From a virus (taxonomy: Duplodnaviria > Caudoviricetes), in IMG/VR virus record IMGVR_UViG_3300022178_001342, positions 1 through 38,848 of that record: a DNA stretch of 38,848 nucleotides; one strand, 5' to 3'. Shown here piece by piece: positions 9,011 to 16,431 of this stretch. Numbering within the stretch: position 1 is the first letter of the stretch; each line of letters begins with the position of its first letter. The notes under the pieces are model-generated. The model worked only from the letters and a program-made list of their open reading frames with translations. It was not told the origin of the DNA and searched no databases. A program made the translations under genes and the position numbers.

Positions 9011-12000
9011 TTAGCCCCCTTTTGCGTTTTGAAGAATCCGCTGCTTGTTTGTTAGTCCGTCGGGACCAACCGCCTCTTGCGAGAGGGCCGCGTTGTTACC
9101 TTGCGTAGGATTTTCCCCAAACCCAATTACTGGCCCAAGCATTTCTTGTAAGCGTCCTATTTCATTTACCTTGTTTTGATATTTTGTAATCAAGGTTTTT
9201 TCAGTGCCCTGCGGATTAGCAATAATTTCTAACAAAGCCCGTTTTTCTAAACGAAGTTGTTGTCCTAAAGATACCAGCTTGTTAGCTTCCGTTTTAGGGC
9301 TGGAAAGAAGTTTGGTTGGATTAGGAAACAACGTCCCCAACTCTTTTGTCTCGGCATAAGCGGGTCGGGCTACCTGCAACCGCAACGCGGAACGACCCAG
9401 TATTTCGGTTAACGAGGTAAACTGACGGGCGTCAGTAATGTCGCCAAACAACCTGCCACTGAGTTCTGGGGAACCAAGAGGGCCACCTAAAATTGCATCA
9501 AGCCCCGCCGCAATATTCGACCAAAAGCCCGTACCCTTTCGAGCCTGCTGGTAAGCGTCTCGAACACCGTTTTTAATTTTTAAAGCTATTTGAGCGTCAT
9601 TAAGGCCCTCTAACCCGTTTAGCTTAACAAACTCTGCACGGGCTTCCGGCGACATGTCCGTAATGACGTTACTACCGTCCACCAAAAGATTGTCGATAAG
9701 AACTTGATCCATTTTGGCAAGACTAGCCAAGGCGCTTTCGCTTCGTCCTTGAACCTTTTTATACTGTCCAATCATTTGATCCGAAACGCGAACCGCTCCA
9801 ACATCAGTTAGCAAACGTTGATCGCCTGTTTTAGGATCAAGGAATGTACGACCATCATAAGACGTTATGACGCCTACATCAGATAAGAACCCTTGACCGG
9901 AGTAAGTTTTGGTAGTTCCAATGCGTGTTATTTTTCGTCCTTCGGCAATGGCTTTGTCTACGACGGCCCGTCCGTTAACCGTGTTTGCGTCCGCGGGAGC
10001 AACGGAACCATCGGGCATTAAAATGTCATAGAAATCTGGCGCAGGAATACCTGTTTTTAAGATTTCTCTAGGTTCTTTTCCCGGTATAAGTTCATACAGC
10101 TTATTGTCATACTCTTTAAACACACCCTGTTTAGGTATTGTCATTACGGGTACGGGTTTTCCGCTGGACATGTCCACAAACTGACCCTCAACAATTTCAT
10201 ATTTGGTGCGCGGGTCCTGATACACAATCTTTGCGTTAGTAGGATCAGTAGTATCTATGATTGTACCGTTGATGTTTGTTGTGGTGGTTTTTCTCGTATT
10301 TATACTTTCGCCATCTGGACCTTTTACTTCTATACCTTCGCCGCTGGAGAAGTCGTAAACTGTGTCACCCATAACACGAATGTCGGGCTTGTCCTGCAAG
10401 AGCTTGAGTTTAGCTTCAGAAATAAGCGCCATTCTATTGTTATGTTCTACGCTGGCAGATAATTTTAAGGTGTCCTGAAGGAGTAAGTCGGTACGGTGTT
10501 GTTGCAAGTCAGCCTGTTGATCCACGGCAAGGTTGCCTTTGTTAACAGCCAAGTCATACATTCTATCGCGGTCAGCTTCCAAAGAAGTTTGGACAGCTTT
10601 AGCGTCGGCAGCTTTTTCTTTTGCCAATTCAAAGTTACCCTCTTTGACCGCCATATCTCTTTCTGCGAGAAGCTGATCTATCTTGGTGTTGTCGTCCAAA
10701 ACCTTGTCACGAAGTTTGCTGTATTCCGTGGCATCCTTTTCGTTATCAAACCTTGCTTGATCCATAGTTTGATTAAAGGTTTGTGCCGCTTTCAACCTGT
10801 TTTCAGTAGCCTCTCTAATTTTACGGTCAGCCTCGTCTCTTTCCTTATTATAAGCAGCCAATGTTGTGGCTTGTTTTTCTTGAGCCGTTAAACGCTTACC
10901 TTGCAGGTCTGCGCGACCCTCTATTTCTTTGCTAATACGTTCCAAAGCTAACTTTTGATCCAGTTTTGCCGCGGCACCCGGATCAACGATAAGTGCTTTA
11001 GTGGCTTCAGGAAGCTCATCGTATATATCTCTCGGAATACCGTTAACACCCTGCGGATCACCCAGCATGAGACGGCTTTTTTGGTCGTCAGTTAATGTGT
11101 TATAAACATCTCTTGGAACACCTTTGACGGGTCCGTCCGCAACTCCAAGAACCTTTTCTTGAGCCGATACGCCTAGATCATCAAAAATATCCCGCGGAAT
11201 ACCGTTAACACCTTGTGGATCACCTAGAAGAACTTTTCGTTTATCTTCGTCTGTAAGTTCGTTAAACACTTCTACTGGAATACCTTTGACGCTTGACGCA
11301 GGCTTCGCCGCGGCACCCAACACGATTTTCTTAGTGGTTTCTGGCAATCCGTCATAAATATCTCTTGGAATGCCGTTAACACCTTGCGGATCACCCAACA
11401 TTACGCGTCGTTGTTCTTCTTGCGTAAGCGTATCAAACGCCACTTTCGGTATTCCTTTAATAGACTCAGCTACGTTAAGCACTACTTTCTGTTCTTTTTC
11501 AGATAGAGTATTGTAAATGTCGATTGGAATGCCGTTAACACCTTGCGGGTCACCCAACAACAAGCGTTCTTGTTGTTTTTGCGTAAGCGTATCAAACACT
11601 GTTCTTGGAACGCCCTTAACGTCGCCCTCAACCGCGCCGATAACCAATTTTTGTATAGCTGGATCAAGTCCGTCATAAATATCTCTTGGAATGCCGTTAA
11701 CACCTTCTTTACGACCCAGAACAATTTCTTCTTTAACCGCATCTGAAAATGTATCAAAGATTGCAAACGGAATGCCTTTAACAGGGCCTTTTATTGCCCC
11801 GACAACTAAATCTTTGGCCTCTGATGGAAGCGCGTCATATATATCTCTGGGAACTCCGTTAACACCTTTCGCCTCTCCAACAAGAACTCGCGTTTTAACG
11901 TCCGCGGAAAGCGCGTTAAATATTACCGCCGGAATGCCTTTAACAGGTGCCTCTACAATGGTTTCTACTTTTAATATTATTTTTTGTTGGTCTTCAGGAA

Positions 12001-13246
12001 GATTGTTGTAAATAGACATGGGAACGCCGTTTACAGTAGATTCTTTGCCTAACAAAATAGAGTCTTGCGTCTCTTTAGGTAAATTTTTCCAAATAGACAT
12101 GGGTATGTCTTTTATAGATTCTTCCTTTACTTTTGTTTGAGCTAAAGCAAGCGCGTCTGCCGCAGTTTTGTCGGCAACCGACTGTTGAAGGCTGGCTTGT
12201 AAACCCGCCATACGCATCTGACGGTCCTCGGCGCGTTGTGCTTGTTTCGCGGACAACATACCCGCAGCACGTTCCCCGATCCGTTGTGGAAGCTGTGTTT
12301 GCGCAGCCGCATTGGCTAGACGCTCTGCGATAGAGCCGCCTTGCGTATTACCCGCAAACTGCAATCCTGTTTGAGCAATATCAAACAGCATTTGCGCTTG
12401 AGACATCTTGCGTTGCTCTTCAAGGTCCGCGGCCCGCGCTTCGCTGTCCATAGCACCCGCAAAGTAATCTTGGTACGCTGAAGCATCACGATTTGCCTGC
12501 GCTATAACGGGGTTCAGGGGTTGACCGCCGCCAACTTTAGCTTCGTCTCCGGCTTGGTATCCTCGGACCTCTACGGGCCCACCCTGCCTAAAATTTACAG
12601 GGGGAGTGTTGCCCGCCTCCATCATTGGATCGTTCATCGCGGGCTCCGACGCTTGGGCCATCATTAAACCACCGACGCCCTCGGACATCGGGCCTTCCAT
12701 CTCAACGTCGCCCGCTATGCCCCTCATTAACTCCCCGACGCCGCTGTTTAAAGCGCCCTCTTCCGTCATCATAATGGCGGGCTGGGTTAGAGTTAATACC
12801 GACTCAGGAGTTTGCTGCGCATCCTCGGGACCTACTAAACCAGCAAGTTCCGCGTACCGTGCATCTAGGGGCATATCGTTGCCCCGTAGTCCGTTAATCA
12901 GGCTTTCGTAGTCTTGGGCTCCGTCTATGTCTTGCATCATGCCTTCCATAGCCATCATGCCCGCCTGTTGACCCTGCGCTTCCGCGCCCATCAAAGCTTG
13001 TTCAGCACCCGCGGGTGGCATGGGGGGAGGAGCCATCGGAGGTGGTGGCATCATGTTGGGGTCCATCGGAGGAGGAGGTGGCATCATGTTGGGGTCCATC
13101 GGAGGACCGCCCATTGCCAAGCCCTGAACACCGCGACCCATCAAAACGTCTTTTTGACTAATGCGTCCGTCGCCACTTAGGTCGGGAAAACTTGCTTCGC
13201 CGCCGTTGCGAAACATCTGACGCTGCATAACACCACGATTCATCAT
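9011..13246 (-). CDS. Large putative internal virion/ejection protein with tandem repeats (1411 aa)
   Basis: Met/Pro-rich N-terminus, EF-hand-like loop, 14 repeats of about 27 aa, a coiled coil and beta-hairpin-like repeats; lies within the ejection cluster. Confidence 0.7.
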   Translation of the reverse strand: MMNRGVMQRQMFRNGGEASFPDLSGDGRISQKDVLMGRGVQGLAMGGPPMDPNMMPPPPPMDPNMMPPPPMAPPPMPPAGAEQALMGAEAQGQQAGMMAMEGMMQDIDGAQDYESLINGLRGNDMPLDARYAELAGLVGPEDAQQTPESVLTLTQPAIMMTEEGALNSGVGELMRGIAGDVEMEGPMSEGVGGLMMAQASEPAMNDPMMEAGNTPPVNFRQGGPVEVRGYQAGDEAKVGGGQPLNPVIAQANRDASAYQDYFAGAMDSEARAADLEEQRKMSQAQMLFDIAQTGLQFAGNTQGGSIAERLANAAAQTQLPQRIGERAAGMLSAKQAQRAEDRQMRMAGLQASLQQSVADKTAADALALAQTKVKEESIKDIPMSIWKNLPKETQDSILLGKESTVNGVPMSIYNNLPEDQQKIILKVETIVEAPVKGIPAVIFNALSADVKTRVLVGEAKGVNGVPRDIYDALPSEAKDLVVGAIKGPVKGIPFAIFDTFSDAVKEEIVLGRKEGVNGIPRDIYDGLDPAIQKLVIGAVEGDVKGVPRTVFDTLTQKQQERLLLGDPQGVNGIPIDIYNTLSEKEQKVVLNVAESIKGIPKVAFDTLTQEEQRRVMLGDPQGVNGIPRDIYDGLPETTKKIVLGAAAKPASSVKGIPVEVFNELTDEDKRKVLLGDPQGVNGIPRDIFDDLGVSAQEKVLGVADGPVKGVPRDVYNTLTDDQKSRLMLGDPQGVNGIPRDIYDELPEATKALIVDPGAAAKLDQKLALERISKEIEGRADLQGKRLTAQEKQATTLAAYNKERDEADRKIREATENRLKAAQTFNQTMDQARFDNEKDATEYSKLRDKVLDDNTKIDQLLAERDMAVKEGNFELAKEKAADAKAVQTSLEADRDRMYDLAVNKGNLAVDQQADLQQHRTDLLLQDTLKLSASVEHNNRMALISEAKLKLLQDKPDIRVMGDTVYDFSSGEGIEVKGPDGESINTRKTTTTNINGTIIDTTDPTNAKIVYQDPRTKYEIVEGQFVDMSSGKPVPVMTIPKQGVFKEYDNKLYELIPGKEPREILKTGIPAPDFYDILMPDGSVAPADANTVNGRAVVDKAIAEGRKITRIGTTKTYSGQGFLSDVGVITSYDGRTFLDPKTGDQRLLTDVGAVRVSDQMIGQYKKVQGRSESALASLAKMDQVLIDNLLVDGSNVITDMSPEARAEFVKLNGLEGLNDAQIALKIKNGVRDAYQQARKGTGFWSNIAAGLDAILGGPLGSPELSGRLFGDITDARQFTSLTEILGRSALRLQVARPAYAETKELGTLFPNPTKLLSSPKTEANKLVSLGQQLRLEKRALLEIIANPQGTEKTLITKYQNKVNEIGRLQEMLGPVIGFGENPTQGNNAALSQEAVGPDGLTNKQRILQNAKGG
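10975..12118 (-). repeat. 14 tandem ~27-aa protein repeats, alternating [VI]K[GD][IV]P and VNG[IV]P types
   Basis: Counted from the translation, from SIKDIPMSIW to GVNGIPRDIYDELPEATKALIV; the DNA core ggaat(g/a)ccgttaacacc recurs. Confidence 0.93.
13044..13106 (-). repeat. 33-bp-period duplication encoding (PP)MDPNMMPP x2
   Basis: ggtggcatcatgttggggtccatcggagga occurs at 13044 and 13077. Confidence 0.88.
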
Positions 13247-14548
13247 TTAGAATAACCCCGCTCTTTGTGCGCCTGACGCTGCGCCTAATGCACCTATACC
13301 TAAGCCCAATGCCGTTTGGAAGGGAGAAACTTGTGGGGCAGAGGATGCTGTTAGTGTTGAAGACCCTGTTGGTGTACCAGAGTATATGTCCGACAAGAAG
13401 CCGTACTGTTGGTAAGGCTGCGTGTAACGCTGTAAATTAGACATGCGCAACGCATCCAAACCAGCTTGCTGCACACCGCGCTGATTAGCGCCCGTGGTCA
13501 TTAGGTTTTGAATGTCCTGCGTATTAAGGCCCGAGTACATTTCGCCCAGACCCGCTTGCTGTATTCCAAGCTGACCCAAGCCTTGACCAAGACTACCAAG
13601 CCCCTGACCTAAGCTGCCATACGCGCTTGCCGCCGCCTGACGACGGTTCATGGCACTTTCCATACCGGAAGCTGCAAACTGTTCTGCTGACATGCCCAGA
13701 GCAGCCGCCTGTTGCGCCGCCGCTTGCTGGCGGTTCAGCGCGTTTTCATACGCGCCCTGACCAAACTGACCCGACGCCAATCCCATCGCAGCACGTTGCT
13801 GTGCCGCCGTTTGACCCCGACCTTGAGCCTGTTCAAAAGCTGCCTGTGATCTTTGAGCCGCGCTTTCATAACCCGCTTGACGCATTTGGGCCGCGGTCCG
13901 CGCTTGTTGTTCTAAGGTGTTTCGCCCTAATTCAGCTTCGGCAATGCCCTGCCGTGCGCCGCCAAACGCTCCAGAAGCAACGGCATTTGCGCCCAACTGT
14001 GATTGTTGCATTTGACCTGCACGAGCAACATCTTGTAAAGCCTGTTGAACCGCTTGGTCTTCGTATTCATTCATATAACCGCGGGCACTGCGGGGATCAT
14101 AAGAGCCCGTAGTTTGGGACATGTCCTGCATTGCGCCGTAAGTATTAGCCATCGTAGGAGCGGCGTTGTACTGTCCGCCCGTTCTCGCAAGTTGCTGCAT
14201 TCCCGTAGAAGCTATGCCTTTAGCCCTGTTTGGATCGTACTGTGCGCCCGTGCCCGCAAGAGACGCGGCTCCCGCGCCCATGTAGCCTTGACCCTGACTC
14301 ATCATGCCCGCTGCGCCCTGCAATGAGGCAGCACCTTGATTTAGGTAGGGCTGAAAGGCTCCAACGCCCCGTTGGGCCGCGGCTGACGCAGCTTGCTCCG
14401 CGGGGCTTAAACCAGCAATCTGATAGTCCGGCGGTAAATCACCCGTTTCAATCTGCTTTTTAATAAACTCTTGCGTGTCCGCCAGCAGCCCTAGTCGGTA
14501 CGCCTCAATGGCGGGGTCTTGGCGGTTAATTACCGTTTGTGTGGTCAT
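13247..14548 (-). CDS. Putative DNA pilot/ejection protein (Q/A/G-rich)
   Basis: Coiled-coil-like Q/A composition, an SGAFGGARQGIAEAE block and a C-terminal glycine zipper SPFQTALGLGIGALGAASG, typical of podoviral pilot proteins. Confidence 0.68.
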   Translation of the reverse strand: MTTQTVINRQDPAIEAYRLGLLADTQEFIKKQIETGDLPPDYQIAGLSPAEQAASAAAQRGVGAFQPYLNQGAASLQGAAGMMSQGQGYMGAGAASLAGTGAQYDPNRAKGIASTGMQQLARTGGQYNAAPTMANTYGAMQDMSQTTGSYDPRSARGYMNEYEDQAVQQALQDVARAGQMQQSQLGANAVASGAFGGARQGIAEAELGRNTLEQQARTAAQMRQAGYESAAQRSQAAFEQAQGRGQTAAQQRAAMGLASGQFGQGAYENALNRQQAAAQQAAALGMSAEQFAASGMESAMNRRQAAASAYGSLGQGLGSLGQGLGQLGIQQAGLGEMYSGLNTQDIQNLMTTGANQRGVQQAGLDALRMSNLQRYTQPYQQYGFLSDIYSGTPTGSSTLTASSAPQVSPFQTALGLGIGALGAASGAQRAGLF

Positions 14549-16068
14549 GCTACTGCACCCCCTTCAAACGCTCGCATTATGTCGTACATCTTACGAACCC
14601 CTTTTTCTCGGCTTCCGTTACCCGCGCCGCGGACGGCCCGTGCGTTCATTACAAACTCACCGTCGGAAAGCATGGCGGGAATGCTGTCGGAAGTCTCGGT
14701 TCCGCGGCCCGCGATATACCCATTGCGGCGAGGGAAATTCTGCATTTCTCCGCCAGCCGCGGCGTATTGAGGTTGGTTTAGGTATTGTTCATACAGTAGT
14801 TGTTCTTGTGACGGCACCACAACGTCATCCATTGTGGCACGGAGGTACGGAACGTCTGGAACGCCAACGCGGTAACGTTCGGGGTTTTCAGCTAACCGAT
14901 CCTCTGACGGAGACGTTCCGTCGTAGGGGTCTTCTAACTCTTCTTCAGGAATCGGATCATACAAACCCATTGGTGCAGCTAAAGCGAGGCCCGCCCCGAT
15001 TGTTGGTACAAGTTTAATGCCGCCCTTGACCGCTTCAGTAGCACCTTGACCAAGTAAACTTTCGACGTGGCTCTGGTACACTGGGCCAGATGGGTCTAAG
15101 GTTGGAAATTGCTTAGACACTGCTTCGGCAGCGTCTGCTAAGTTCATACCCGCCTTTCCTTCCGTGCCCTGCGTATAGAATACGTCTTTAGCTTGTTGTA
15201 AGTATTTTTTGTATCCGGTTAGTTCTCCGGCTCCACCCGCTCCGGCTCCACCCGCTCCAGCTCCACCCGCTCCGGCTCCACCAGCGTCAGCTCCACCCGC
15301 TCCGGCTCCACCAGCGTCAGCTCCACCCGCTCCAGCTCCACCAGCGTCAGCTCCACCCGCTCCAGCTCCACTTGCGTCTTGAGAAGAAAATAAACTTTTT
15401 CCTTCAAAAATATTTCCGCCACTAGGCATACCAAACTCTTGTATTCCCGACCTAAATCCTTCAAAACGTCCCGAAATACCCGTTTTAGTGGTGTTCATAG
15501 CGCCTTTAATACCCGAAGAAATGCCGCCCATTACGCCGCCCATTGCTGCGCTTTTCAAAGCGTCTTTAAAGTTTCCGCCCTGAATTAAAGTAGTAATACC
15601 GCCGCCCAATGCGCCCGCCGCAATAGCACCCATACCCGGAGCTATTATATTAAGAGCAAGCGGCACAACAATAGGAGCGACCGCCTTAACGATCTTCTTA
15701 ACGCCCTTAACAAGCTTCTTAAAGAAAAACTCCGCCTGTCCGGTTCGCGGGTTAATGCTGTTTGCCTCTCCGCCAACCGTGTAACGGTCTAAATTAACCC
15801 CAGAACTGGAAAACGCGTCCATCATCTCTTGAGCTAAACGTGGGTTCTCTTCCAACAACTTAGGGTGAATTACAATCTCACCCTTCTCAGCGTGGATCAT
15901 CTCAGTATCGCCGTTGCGACCAAACCCCGCCATTTTTTCCGCAATTCCGCGGTGCGAATTAATGCCCGACTGCTTTCCAAACAGGAGCCGACTGTCATCA
16001 ATCTCATCTAGGTTTGATGTCAAAAAGGACGCCAAACCACCTTCCGGAAGAATTAGTTGTTGTTGCAT
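14545..16068 (-). CDS. Putative ejection/DNA-transfer protein with two GE[FI]V domains, an amphipathic segment and a glycine zipper
   Basis: N-terminal GRNGDTEMIHAEKGEIVI..SINPRTGQAEF; C-terminal GRGTETSDSIPAMLSDGEFVMNARAV; first gene of the internal-protein cluster. Confidence 0.72.
   Translation of the reverse strand: MQQQLILPEGGLASFLTSNLDEIDDSRLLFGKQSGINSHRGIAEKMAGFGRNGDTEMIHAEKGEIVIHPKLLEENPRLAQEMMDAFSSSGVNLDRYTVGGEANSINPRTGQAEFFFKKLVKGVKKIVKAVAPIVVPLALNIIAPGMGAIAAGALGGGITTLIQGGNFKDALKSAAMGGVMGGISSGIKGAMNTTKTGISGRFEGFRSGIQEFGMPSGGNIFEGKSLFSSQDASGAGAGGADAGGAGAGGADAGGAGAGGADAGGAGAGGAGAGGAGAGGAGELTGYKKYLQQAKDVFYTQGTEGKAGMNLADAAEAVSKQFPTLDPSGPVYQSHVESLLGQGATEAVKGGIKLVPTIGAGLALAAPMGLYDPIPEEELEDPYDGTSPSEDRLAENPERYRVGVPDVPYLRATMDDVVVPSQEQLLYEQYLNQPQYAAAGGEMQNFPRRNGYIAGRGTETSDSIPAMLSDGEFVMNARAVRGAGNGSREKGVRKMYDIMRAFEGGAVA
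15225..15378 (-). repeat. 15-bp-unit tandem repeat encoding (GAGAG/GADAG) about 10 times
   Basis: Units gctccacccgctcc(g/a) and gctccaccagcgtca are directly visible. Confidence 0.93.
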
Positions 16069-16119
16069 CGTATCGCCCCTTTAATCCACAATAGCAGATG
16101 TCGTTTTACTTTTCCATGC

Positions 16120-16431
16120 CTATGTCGTCACAGTAACAGAACCAACAGAACCCGTAGCAGTATTACCGCGTAAGTTCGGCTGATCCGCAACCACTATCTT
16201 TATCTGTCCCATAACGCCCGCAGCGTCCCTGTACTGAAACAATGCACCTACCTCCAAACCCTGATCGTCCGTCTGTAAGTTCGTTAAAACCAACTCAGTG
16301 TGTCTCCCCTGACCCGGATTCTGCATCTGTTCTAAATACACCGAAAACGCCAGAACTACAGATTCCATATACGTTCGGTCGTACTCGTCCGGCGCTTTAG
16401 GAAAAAACGGCTTGATTAAGTTACGAGACAC
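16120..16431 (-). CDS. Hypothetical tail-associated protein
   Basis: 103 aa, translationally coupled to the nozzle gene; ends GSVGSVTVTT. Confidence 0.7.
   Translation of the reverse strand: MSRNLIKPFFPKAPDEYDRTYMESVVLAFSVYLEQMQNPGQGRHTELVLTNLQTDDQGLEVGALFQYRDAAGVMGQIKIVVADQPNLRGNTATGSVGSVTVTT

Noticed and set aside
15219-15464. Alternate-frame ORF with VELERVELTL repeats
   Set aside because: It is a by-product of the 15-bp repeat inside the 507-aa gene; no frameshift signal was identified.
4117-16068. Large ORFs as a siphovirus tape-measure protein or virion RNA polymerase
   Set aside because: The context is podoviral (nozzle and adaptors; no recognisable tail-assembly chaperones, distal tail or baseplate genes), and no polymerase catalytic motifs were seen.
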